The notes below the pieces were generated by a model, which made no database searches, was not told where the DNA came from, and saw only the letters and a program-made list of their open reading frames with translations. Source: Convolutriloba macropyga (lineage: Eukaryota). From it: a DNA stretch of 64,000 nucleotides. Below are positions 1-12,400 of this stretch, piece by piece (position 1 is the first letter of the stretch; the number at the start of each line of letters is the position of its first letter). The position numbers were made by a program, and so were the translations under genes. The stretch is taken from contig NC_134479.1 of the NCBI RefSeq assembly GCF_964194025.1, positions 21,576,001-21,640,000 on the forward strand, given 5' to 3'.

Positions 1-554
1 GATATCTTTATACAAAGAATATATGCTTTCATTATGATAATCAAACTGGGAAGAAGGAATAACTGGTTTTCCCTTATGGTTTCTTTTGCGGAAGGGGAAG
101 GCGTAGCGTTTTTTGCTGTCAGCTGAGACTGAACTTTGATCCATCTGTGGCGTTTGAAGTAAGTAAAAGATGAGTTTTTAAGGCAAGAAAGGAAAAATTG
201 AATAAATAAGGTAACTGAATATAGAAAACGAAAAGCAACAAATGATTGAATTATCTTCAAGAAAGAGCTTGATAAAACGAACCAATGAAATTTGATTAAA
301 AACGAGAACAGTTGCGACTTCGTAACCAATGAGATTATGTAAAAGAGGTCGTAACCAATGATAATTGAGCGTGCATGATAACGTAATAGTTATGTCTCTT
401 CTATTTTTAGCAACATCACGTGAGTGACAAATGATGTCACGTGAGGGAGAATTTAGCAAAGAACACAAGCAATTGTTAAGACTTATATTGGAGAGCACCT
501 GTAGTTCGAGAAAGGAACATTTTGATGAAGCGATTGGTTCTCATCATTGTCATT

Positions 555-1094
555 TTATTGGATAGGAGGCAGAATGAGGTCTTGGAATTTGGGTAGATCG
601 AAGATATCCGATTTTGTAGAAAATGTATCAGCATGTTTGGAGAACATGTCTTCTACCCACCATACACCGTAGTGATTTATGTCACGAGAGTACGGGAACA
701 AAAAACCTTTGAGGTCTTTCAGTGGATGAAATCCTTGTTCTTTTCGAATTCTCTCAACGGCTTGAAAATAAGTGGGGAGAGAAAGTACTGAATTGTTGAC
801 TTTTTCTTCGGCTAAGTGGAGGTTATGATGTCTAGCTGCCTCTAAAGTTCTCCACAAATCTTTCGGAAGTGTTAGGCTAGTAGTCTGTGTTTTTATTGTT
901 ACTCTTGTGCAATCCACCTCAAAGGATAACTCGATGTTGTTATCAGTTACTGTTGTTCTAAATTTCGATTCCTCTTTGTTGGGAACGAAATCTAAATCAG
1001 AATGAAATGTCGAAAGAAAAGGTGTTGAAGGAAGTAAGGGAAGTGTTGGAGAATTTTGCATTTTTTTAAGACCACTGATATTCAACTGAGACAA
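555..1094 (-). CDS. Uncharacterised 179-aa ORF, possibly from a mobile element continuing left of the window
   Basis: Open frame with balanced, protein-like composition in a region less A/T-homopolymeric than its neighbours; no motif recognised. Confidence 0.3.
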   Translation of the reverse strand: MSQLNISGLKKMQNSPTLPLLPSTPFLSTFHSDLDFVPNKEESKFRTTVTDNNIELSFEVDCTRVTIKTQTTSLTLPKDLWRTLEAARHHNLHLAEEKVNNSVLSLPTYFQAVERIRKEQGFHPLKDLKGFLFPYSRDINHYGVWWVEDMFSKHADTFSTKSDIFDLPKFQDLILPPIQ

Positions 1095-1199
1095 AACACA
1101 AAATGAACAGAGTTTCTCGGTCCTAGCTTATTTTAACATAAATTATACGAATGATATGATTGGTTAAAAAAATTCATTATAGTAAAACAATTTTTGCAA

Positions 1200-2090
1200 A
1201 AAAAATTAATGTAAAACTTTTACATAAAAAAACTTCAAAAATTGAAAAATGGAATAAAAGAGAAAATAAAAAAACCGCAAATTTGCATTTTCTGTTAAAA
1301 ACCTTATGTAAAAAACGCATTTTTGAAAGAAATTTATTTTAAGTAAAACGATTTTTTTTCAAAAAAATTACATTAAAAAAAACTTCAAAAATTGAAAAAT
1401 GGAAAAATAGAAAAATAAAAAACATCAAAATCTGCATTTTCTGTTAAAAACCTTATGTAAAAAACGCATTTTTGAAAGAAATTCATTTTAAGTAAAACGA
1501 ATTTTTTTCAAAAAAATTACATTAAGAAAAACTTCAAAAACTGAAAAATGGAAAAATAGAAATATAAAAAACATCAAAATCTGCATTTTTTGCTAAAACC
1601 TTATGTAAAAAACGACATTTTTGAAAGACATTTATTTTAAGTAAAACGATTCTTTTCAAAAAAAAATAATAAAAATTTACATGAAAAAAACTGCAAAACT
1701 GAAAAATGATAAAATAGAAAAATAAAAAAACATAAAAATCTGCATTTTTTTTATAAATCTTATGTAAAAAACAACTTTTTTTTAAATAAGAAATATTCTA
1801 AAAAAATTAACATTTCTATAAAAATAATTATTTTTTTAAATTAAACTCAAAAATTCGAAAAAAAAAATGAAAACTGTTTTTTTTCGAAAACTAACAAATG
1901 GAAAAAAAAGAAAATTTCAAATTATGCATTTTTCATCAAAAACCTTACGAAAAAAAAGACATTTTTCAACCAAAATTGATTTAATTAAATTTAAAAAAAA
2001 ATAAATTTAAAATAAAAAAATTTACATAAAAAACTTCAAAAATTGAAAAGTGGAAAAATAGAAAAATAAAAAAAAACATAAAAATAATTA
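1200..2090. repeat. Degenerate A-rich tandem satellite, ~149-bp unit, ~6 copies
   Basis: AAACTTCAAAAA(T/C)TGAAAAATGG...TGCATTTT...CCTTATGTAAAAAACG recurs at ~1231, 1380 and 1529, with more degenerate copies at ~1688, ~1880 and 2031. Confidence 0.85.
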
Positions 2091-2380
2091 TTTCCTTTCA
2101 AAAAAGGTTAAGTAGATAAGATTAGCTGAAGTCCATTAGAGCGGATGCATTTCCCTGGGGCAATTAAGATAATTATCCCTGGGTAATTACGATAAGATGA
2201 CAGGTCTATTGTTCTCACTCTCTTTTTAGGTACATCTTTGGAAATTGGACGAAAATAGGCTATACCTAATGTTAATACATAGGTACATCCTTTTACCCCC
2301 CCCCCCCTGATCTGCTTACATATAACTACTTAATTATATAATAGACAATTTTACTGATTTCCCAGTTTGAGGTACGCAAT

Positions 2381-2790
2381 CCAAGCCAGCTCTGATCTGA
2401 CCAGCTTGGTATCAGCGGAGGCAACACAGAGTGACATCGTCTTTGATCACACCCTCTTAAATTGAATATGGGGCGTCAGAACTACTTCGATCGCGCCCAT
2501 TCCTAAAGATCATCCAAACAATAACGGATTCTTGACTGCTCTGATCAGACAGTGCAGATTATGGACGGGGACTTGATCACATACTTCCCGAGTCGGAAAC
2601 AAAAGTTAATCGTGCAAGGCGGAGTTAATCTTACAAGAATCTTGCAAGACTAACTACGTCTTGTAAAATCTTGAAACATTAACTTTGCCTTGCAAGATCT
2701 TGTAAAATTAACTCCGGCTTGCAAGATCTTGCAAGATTATTTTTTCTAGGGTTCCCAAAAAGTTTATTTGCTGCCAGACTCTGTAGCTGG
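2381..2790. mobile_element. MITE-like TCTGATCAGA-family repeat with a nested TCTTGCAAGA palindrome array (~2610-2745)
   Basis: Start CCAAGCCAGCTCTGATCTGACCAGCTTG matches 52938 CCCAGCCAGCTCTGATCAGACCAACTTG; ends in AGCTGGG; internal repeats of the TCTTGCAAGA palindrome. Confidence 0.5.
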
Positions 2791-3184
2791 GTCACGCCTA
2801 TATTTTATCGCCTATGCGCAACCCAAGTCATTCCGTCAGTCTGATTAGAGCTGATTTGGGTCGAGCACCTCAACGTTGGTTTTCACCAGAAGTTTTTGGT
2901 GTACGTGTTCTCAAATAATTTGGATTAGTGTGAACATACCTGTACATGCTTAAACTTCATAATAAAAAATTGTTCACTTTTCATCTCTAAGTTTGCGTTC
3001 TCAATTATTTTCGTTTATATTAGTTGCTTTTGCTTTCTTATATTAGTTTTGTTAATACGCCTATCTTAAACCATTTGAGTATTTGAACAATCTATAACTC
3101 AGTCTTAAATTGTTGATTTAAACATTTTTGCATCTATTAAATTGATTCTCAAATAGATTGTCACGGACGAATCTAGACATAGAA

Positions 3185-4301
3185 ATGAATATATTAATTC
3201 TGAAACTTGGCTGGCTGTTGAAATTAGTTTTCGTAATTTTGTTCGTATCGCGAGTAACTTTTGCCTTAAATGTTCTCGTGGTATCATCATGTTATACCGG
3301 TCACTTAACCCCAACTTTAGCCATCGTTCGAAAACTTTTTTCACGTGGACATACAGCAGATTTTTTAACAAGCGTTGATTGTTGCGAAAGTAAAATTCAA
3401 AAAGGGTTATCAGCCAGAGTTCAATGCTGGGATCGTGGATTCACGACCTTGGAGGGTGTTGAGGTGAACAACCCTTTAGAAGCCGTAAGGCAGGTTCGGG
3501 TGATTGCTGCTGAAAATGGAACCGGATTAGCCTTCGAAGTTGTGAATGAATATTTAAGTCAAAACCCATCAAAATATGACATAATAATGGCAGATTGGGC
3601 TTTTTTGGGCGCTACATTAGCCGCACAGTTGCATAATATTCCAGTCGTTACCAATTACGTTGGAACTATTTTTATGACGCTCGAAGAAGATCCGAACAGT
3701 CGACCTAGACTTACTTATGTGCCAGAAACCTACAAATTTTTCAGTGATTTTGTCGAGTTTTTCACAGCTTTTGTGTATCAAAAACTTGTTGCCGATCCTG
3801 CCTATGACATCATTCTTAGCATTAACAACAAGTTTGGTATGGAACCAAAAGTTCAAAATTATGGGTTAACGTTTCTATTGCCAACTACTTATTATCACGC
3901 TTTCTCAAACTTGATTCATATCGGGCCACCAAACGCTTTTATTTCTAATATATCGTACATGGACAAAAAGACGAATGTTCATCACGTTGGATACATACCA
4001 GAACCTGAAAATTTTCGTGAACTTGATGAGAATATCCGCAATTTTATCCAATTTTCCCAAGTTCCTGTCATTTACATTTCCATGGGAACGCTTTTCCAAT
4101 TAGAAATTTCTAAACTGAGAAAAGTCCTTGAAGATTTAACAAAACAGAACAAGTATTCGTTTATTTGGTCAGCTTCTGAATTTTACTTTGACAATGTGAA
4201 TTCATTAGGATTACCTGAGGATAATTTGATAATCGTAAAAAATGTAGCTCAGTTAACTTTACTATTGGACGAAAAAGTTGTGGCTTTTGTAACACATGCA
4301 G
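3185..4301 (+). CDS. UDP-glycosyltransferase (GT1/UGT) copy A, exon 1
   Basis: ATG 3185, signal peptide, catalytic His in CYTGHL, VIYISMGT, ends AFVTHA-G at donor CAG|GTGAG (4302). Confidence 0.93.
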
Positions 4302-6289
4302 GTGAGATTGCGGCACAAACATGTTATTTTGAAAAGTTGGGTCGAGTCTTTTATCGCATTACAATCAATTTAAATGGGAAAAATGTTCCATCTTACTTCT
4401 CTAACTCCTGAAAAATGTATCTAATACATTTGTAAGAGGGCCTTAAAGTGTAGACCTGAAAGAAGTACTTTTGGCCTTTCCGGTCACTTTTTTAAAATCA
4501 TGGACAAAAAGGGAGAATACTTCGTCTAATTTGTCCACAATTTATTAATAATTCTCAGTATTATCAATAATGATCTAGCACATAGTTCAGAAACTAAATT
4601 TTGTTAAATACCATATTATTCGTATATTCAAACGAGCGATTTGCTTTTTTAATCCCCAATTAATAAAATGTGGAACATTTGTCAAAATAAAAAAAATTAG
4701 GCATTCTTTGATTTCTACTTAATTTGCACTTTGTTATCAGTTTTTGTTCGAAAATAGCTGAAAAACACAAATTGTAGTCGAATGGGAAGGATATTTCCAA
4801 TTTTTTTTTTCGAATATGAACTAAATTTGCGTTACTATCACTGTTTTCCACGCTCGTTTATAACTCGGGCCTCTGTAACGCGGGCCATGCTTGCTTTATA
4901 AATTTTGGGCAAGGAAAGACTTCGATAAAATCATGCAAATTTGCTCGTTTTTGTGTACGTTTTGCGGCGTTATGCGCTCGACTCTGAATTTGGTTGCTTG
5001 TAACCACAAAAGGCAAATTTTAAGCCTTTGCCGAAATCGAGTGGTCAGCTTTTTCTGTTAAACCTTACAGAGTCTCTGACATTCTACGGAGTAAATTTTT
5101 CCATCAGATTAAAAACGTGGAATAATACACAATAGGAACCAATTTGTGCATTGGACATTAGTAGGTGCACTATTTCTTACTGTGTTGTGGCCTTCATTAT
5201 TTTGAGAAAGTTCAAGAATCTTGGCTCACATTAATTATCAGACAAATTGTGCAGGTTAAATTACTCAAATTAACCAGTTTGCGAAGTTTTCCAAAGTTTA
5301 CAAGCTTTTAACCAAAATTGTCGAGTTCTTGTGGAGAACTCTAATCACTTATGAATAAATGATTTTTTTAATTATACGTTTTAGTATATTATGTTCATGA
5401 TTTGGTTTTCGAATGACTTTTTGTCTCTGTACAAGTTCCATGACCAATATGTGTTAACATAATTTTGTTTTTTATCTGTTGTCTTTTTGAAAAAAGTAAG
5501 TATTTTTGTAGTTTAAAGCAAGCACATTATCTGGAGAAACGAAAATTTAACAAAACGATTTTGCAGTAAGCTTATTATTACAAAATTGCGTTCCTAATCA
5601 CAATAATTAGAGTAAACTAGTTTTCGGGTTTAAAATTGGTGAACTAGTTTTCAGAACTAAAATTGGGTTTAGTCTATATTTTTGCGTTTTTTGGCCTGGG
5701 ATTAAACATTATCTAGCACCTTTACACAAACCGTAAGTTTAACACGGCTGTGGTTTCAAAATTTGAAGACTAAGGCGGGTGTCAGTCTATTTTACAGATC
5801 GAAGAGAGGCATTTGAGATTTATTCTTTTCAATTGGCAAAAATTTGTCACAAAAAATCAATTTGATGAAATTTTTCAATAGTGTAGGTTTTCTTTATGAT
5901 CAGACAGCCTTTGAACCACTAACAAGGCAAACTCTTTCGGCTAAAATTTCCATATGGGGAGAAATGTCAATTAAACTTTTTGTCACCAAATTTAATTCAA
6001 ATTAACGAAAACTGATGAATTTTATTAAAATGATTCAAACAAAATTTTGAAATTGTTTGAAGCAAATAACAAATCGGGAAACTTGATCAAAAATTCAAAC
6101 AAGTACATACGCTAAGAGTCCTGTAAATTTTGTTTGTATTTTTTTAAATTGAAACATGTAAATTACTCGGAATATAACCCTAAGGTTAGATATCTACAAG
6201 CTTTGAAAAGTTAAATAAATTAATCAGCATTGTTATTAATATAATAATCTTCAAATTGTGGCTGTTTGTTCTCATAGGTAAAAATAGGA

Positions 6290-8240
6290 TTTGAAGGCTC
6301 CTATTTGTCTATTAACGGGTACTTTCTTGTGTTGATCGAGCAAAAACTCGGTTAAAATATTTTTAAAGCAAAATAAAGGTTCTTATTGAAGAGGTCAATT
6401 TGTTCCATTTTTGAACGCTTTTCAACATTAAAGATTTGTTACTCCACTTCGTTTTCGTTTTCTTTTTTATAATAATTTGATTTGTCCTCATGTTCTGTCT
6501 AGCGTTATGGTGACTAGAAATCATTTTCGAATATTTCCCGGTGTCTTATATCTGTTTGCAGCTTCATTAGGCTAATTTTTGAGATAAACAATTCCGCTGA
6601 GAAGATCAATGAAGTGGTCAGATTTTTGTCGAAAATAACAAACTTTTATTCCCCAGTTAATTTGCCTGTTTATGCATTTTATGTTTTTCGCTGTAAGAGC
6701 TTGAAGCAATACTCCACTGAAAGAAAGATGAGAGAGTACAACTGACTTGAAAATTTCAATTCTTACTTTCAAAGGAATTTGATTTCTTACAAGGTACAAA
6801 GAACGAATTGCATTAGCCATTTTGCTGAAAACTGAGATTAAGTGATTTTCAAAGGTTAGGTACGAATCAATTTGTACTCCCAGATACAGACATGCACGAG
6901 CTGGTTTGATAACATCGCCTTTAAAAGAAAACTCTGGATCCGAATTAGTATTATTTGTAAAGAATAACATCTCTATTTAATCGGCAATTAAAGTGAGTTG
7001 GTTCTTTGTGAGGTATTTGTCTGTTTGTTCTAATATTTTTCAATTTTTTGTGGAATAATTTCTTTACGTTCAAATTTGCATATAATACTGGCGGTATCCT
7101 TAAATTGAACAACATCAATTTCACCTTCCAGTTTTTCAGAAAAATCGTTGACATATAACAGAAAAATAAAAGATCCTAACACAGTTCCTTGTGGAACACC
7201 ATGATTAATAGTTATTTTATCTTATAAATCAATACCCAGTTTTACGCTTTGTGTTCGATTTGCGCGAAAAGATTTGAGAAGTAAAATTGTTGATTGAGAG
7301 AGATTGAAATTTTCAGCTTTCTTGAGCAAGATATCATGTGAAATTGAGTTGAAAGCATTTGCAAGATCTATGAATACAGCACCTGTGTTGGTGTTATCTT
7401 CCATATTTCCTATTATTTTTTCAATAAAGTAAAGCACAGCATCAGTAGACGACTTTGTGGATTGAAAACCGAATTGTTTTTTGTTCAAGAGCGCGAAATT
7501 TTCAAGAAATACTACTAACTGATTAAGTAAAGTCTTTCAAAATTTTTTGCGAAAGTTGGTGTTACAGAAATTGGACGATAATTATTTGAAACAGAAACAT
7601 CTCCTTTTTTGAAAATTAGTGTGATGTGTGCATCCTTAAGAATTGTTGGAAAAACTTTCTCTTGAATACAACCGTTAGACATAACCTGAAGATGTGTCCC
7701 AATAGCATATTTTCCGGATTTTAATTCGCAATTATTAATGTATCCCGAATCTGGTGTTTTGTTGCTGTCTAGATTGTCAATAACTTTATAGATTTCCCTC
7801 AAAGTAAAAGGTCTGAATTTAAACTCTTGAAATTTCCGCTCTATTTTTTCGACGTTCAGTGGAACAATCTGCCTTTTGTAGATGCCCATTTCGCTGAAAA
7901 CTATGTTAAAAGCGTTACATATTGATTTTGTGTCTATCGTTATTATTACCGTTTTCAACAATTTCAGTGATGTTTGGACTGTTGTTTTTCTTTCCAATTT
8001 TTTTTTAATGAATTTCCATTTCTCTTTCGAGGTTTCAATTTAAAAAGAAATCCTCTGAAAATTGATTTTGTGCTTCTTTTAACTTTCGGTTTACAATGTT
8101 GAGATACATTTTGAATGACCCAAACGATTCAGCACTTTGTGTCATTGAAGTAACGGTGTTTCTCAGAAACTAACTGTTGAATTTCATTTGTCACCCAAGG
8201 TTTATCTGAAGTAGTCTTTTTTATATTGGAGTAGTCATTT
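6290..8240 (-). mobile_element. Decayed non-LTR retrotransposon (CR1/L2/Jockey-like) reverse transcriptase inside the UGT-A intron
   Basis: Frame fragments carry YRPISVTPTFAK, QFGF, VFIDLANAFNSISH, GVPQGTVLG..LYVND and YLGVQID; the YADD position is degraded to FKDTA; several stops and frameshifts; ends approximate. Confidence 0.85.
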
Positions 8241-9260
8241 AACAAGAGCATCTTCATATCTAAGAGAATGATTTATCATGAGACAAGATCATACCTAATC
8301 AGAAAATTTTGGATCAAATTTTACACGAGGAAATTTAGCAGCAAAGTTTGCGTTTCGAAAGAAAAAATAAACGCGAGATTCGAAAAATTGGTTGTTTTTG
8401 CTTCTGATAAAATTTTTTTGATTATGTTGTTTTTTATCTAATCGAGAGATGCTAAGTAACACGAGAAACTGAAAAACAAAAAGAAAAACAAATTTACTTT
8501 AATTGCTAGATGCATTTGTACATTACTTGCCACTCAAAATGCAATAAGAAGTGGATTGTTAGACTATCTAATACCTCAGTAGAACTTGCAACTCAAATGG
8601 TAGAACACAACCGCGGAAAAAATTCAGCCATGTTACTTTGAAAGTACAGAATGTCTGACATCGACAAATATTAATTGTTAATAAAGGCTATACCCAATTG
8701 TTTGATAAGAAGATAATTGTGGGAAGGTTGTTTTAAACAAAATGAAAGCGCGAACGAAAGATTCAATCCCTAAGAAAAAGTTTATGGAAAAAGGCTGTTG
8801 CAAGTTTTTAAAGTCAGCCTCAAGGTCCTTTTGTCTCAATTGATTATCCGCAAAGATGAGAGTGGTTCGCAACCAAATACTTGTCACGCAAGGAAAGAAT
8901 CCGGAGTAATTTTGCCAATTTTGTTATTACCAGTTTTAAAAATTACGTTAAAAAATCATATATCTTGTGCTTTCATAGTATAAAAGGATTTTGCAATTGA
9001 TTTGTGTGAAAGTTTTGAGTTGTAACTTTGTTCCTTTTTCTTTCGTTTAAAATAAAAAAAAATCCAAAAAAGTTGAAGGATTTTCTTAGGGCAATTTATA
9101 TTGACAATCGAAACTGTTTTGCTTGTCCAGCAGGTGTAGACGTAGGCAGGTAGCTGGAACTATGGTAAAATTCAGAAAATTACAGTAACACTGAACCAGT
9201 TTTGAATTCAATCAACATATAAAATTAGTTTTCAGCTTTGTTAGTAAATAAAAGCCTATA

Positions 9261-9420
9261 AGTAATGTGTATATGGTGACCTCCGCACCTTAGAGCCGAG
9301 CTACAGTCACCATATACACATTACTCTATTTCCCTTTGTTTTTTCCACTATATTTCCATTTTTCCGCACAAATAAAAATCTATCATTTTTTTGACTAAAT
9401 TTACTAAATTTGCTAATATT
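9261..9420 (+). repeat. Left terminal inverted repeat of the Maverick
   Basis: Reverse complement of 23836-23995, 7 mismatches in 160 bp by manual alignment. Confidence 0.95.
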
Positions 9421-12400
9421 AATTGTAAAACCTAAATTCACCATTACTATCTCTAATACCTTTATTATCAAATGGATCAATAGCTATTTTATATTGTTCC
9501 TTAGTTTCTAAGTGATGTATATTGCTATCAATAGTATAATTAGTTACATATTTACTTTTACCTTCATATATAGCACTAGTATAATCTTCCAAAATAATTT
9601 GGTTTCTAATAGTGGCTTTAGTTATACCTTTTAACTTTTTCTCTTCTTCTCTTTTAACAGTATTGTAACAATATGCTTTAGCTTTAAGGAAACATGCTTC
9701 TATAATAGTATCCTTAGGTAATTCATCCTTCATCTTACCCAACTCATTATTATGTAAAATATCTTTTATCTTATTCATTTCAGTTTCTATATTACTATCT
9801 AAAGGAATATTCATGTTTATAAATATACTATCTGTATCTGTGTAATGATAACTACAATCTAACTCTTTCTCAAAGTAATCATATATAGCTTTATACATGA
9901 ATAGTTTAGCTTTTTCTAATATAACAAATCCAATATAATTAAACTTATCTAATTTAACATTACCTCTTGTTTTATGTACGGCTACTAGATCATCATCGAA
10001 ATCTACAGAATATTTAAAACCAATATTTTCTACTAATTTAATATATATATCTACATCATTAACTAACTCTGCTTTCTTTCTACTGCTTTCTCTTCTTAAT
10101 ATTAAACTCAATATAAGGCTTTAACCGCTCACTCTTACTATACTCTAACTTTTGCTTAATTGTAATATCTTCCAACTTCAAACCACTAGCTCAATACCAA
10201 TCTAACATCTCACCATCAATTACATAATCTACCTTATCCGTTAACTTTAACATTAACTTCTCATTGGGTTTATATCCTTTCTTTTTATTTACATTTTGAT
10301 AATCTGTAAACTGTCCAATGTTTGCCCTAGTCTTTTCAGGAAAGAATGGATACTTGTTTGTTTTCTGTTTCAAGTCATCATTTTACTTTATATCAATAGT
10401 GTAGATATAACCCTTAGTAGAGCTAGAGCTAGTATATACCAGATCACATACTTTGATCTCACCAGTAGGTAAAGCTTGAACCATAGCAGAAGCATATAAT
10501 GAGTTGAAGTCTAAATATTTTAGATAATTCTCTTTCCCTGTATACTCAGGATCTATTTCTTTATTTTTACATTCTACATGACAACCACCTAATACTGAAG
10601 CTAACCCACCTCTAATACCATGTTGTATTGTATCATAAATATTAACTGTATTTTCTTTATAATACTTAAGTCTAACATTAGTATATTTTCAACCCACGAG
10701 TTAACCCAGGAGTAGAATATGTGTACCATGGATCTATTTCATAGTATTCTAAACACATAGCTCTAAATTTCTCAAATACATCAACTGATAACAATACATC
10801 TGTTTTAAGATACAACATCATATAATCCTTTATTGTCTCACATTTAATATCATTCCAACAATCAATTGCTTGCTTATATTCTTTATCTGTAATACCACTT
10901 TGTTTCAACTTAGAAAAGAATGCTTCCTTAGGTGATAATGTTGTTTCATGTAGTTTAACTATACTATCAAACCATTCATATGGGAATATACCTTTACGTC
11001 TTTCTAAGCCACATTTATTTAATGTTATACATTCTTCATTACTCAATGTCTTACTTATAGCATCTAAGCTAAGTGGATGGAAGAACCTAAACATATCTAA
11101 AGCTTTAGCATAACCCATATCAATATTAATATAATTCTCATCAATTTTAGTTAATACTTTTATTCTAATGGGACTCTGTCCATGGTGTTTCTCACCCATA
11201 TTCTTTGCTAGTTTAGTTATAAATAGGTGATTATCATAATTAGAAGAATTAAATGCATATATTGGTACGAATGTATTCTCAGCTTGGAGGTTACATTTTT
11301 TGTGAGCATATCCTCTAAATTTACCATTTAGATGATCATGATCTCTAACGATGTCTTCACCCAAGTTCTCATTACAATAATAACATCTACTATATAACGG
11401 AGTAATACTATCTTTTTTCAATGGAATATTTATACTAAATATATCTTTAAATAATTTATTATAATGATCTACTCTATCCACAAACCAATCAACTACTTAA
11501 TCACCACAGTTATATTCATACTTATCTTCTAATATATCAGGATATTCACTTTTTATATATAAACCAAAATCAATAGGAATGTGTTTACCATCTTTTATTT
11601 TACATTCAAAATCATAATACATTGCAAATGGTACTCTGTTTTTATAATGGAACTTATCAAACTTTAGATACTCATCTTTATGGAATGTTCTTCTACCTAT
11701 ATGTTTCTGTGTATTACATAAAACCAAATGTTTATTTAATGCATCTTCTGTTCTAAATGATACACAACATTTTAAACATGGATAACATTTATGTTTAGCT
11801 GATGTTCTTAATAGGAATGATACATTTTTACATAGGGAGTAATGATTATACCAATATAATATTTTGCACCCAACTAGATCATGATGATTAATTAATACAG
11901 GAGTAATAGTTTTATTCTTATTTAGATTGAATACATTAAATAATACTTTATGTTTATTTATTTCTTGTATTTTCTTTAAGTGATAATAATCATATGGGGG
12001 TGTAACTCCTATTGGTAATTTTATCTCATTAATATATTCTGGTTTATTATAATTACTATATCTACTGGGATTATGTGGCGCAGGATGTAGATATGCAATT
12101 AGACACCATAGTAAACATTTATTATCATTATTATGTATATTAAGTATATATCTAGACGTGAATTGTAGCTCTGTAGTACAACCACCACTTGGATAAAACC
12201 TATGAATACACATTGTCCTTTTAACAAATCGTTGCATGCTGCATCCAGATTGATTCATCTCTTGTTCCTTCATTCTAGACTCAAGTTCTCCATTCAATAA
12301 ATCCAAGTCATGTGCACCATTATATTGCCTAGTCATTATTTTAAAGGTGAATTCGTTTTCTTCTAACTTATCTTCTGTAGGTTTTGTATACTTAACTACA

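Noticed and set aside
3617-4099. Antisense ORFs over UGT exons (and similar ones over MCP and other genes)
   Set aside because: Shadow frames of real coding sequence
4302-4411. C-terminal tails of the UGT exon-1 ORFs in the track (also after 34454, 48610 and 62337)
   Set aside because: Read-through into introns past a conserved CAG|GT donor; the tails are unrelated between paralogues
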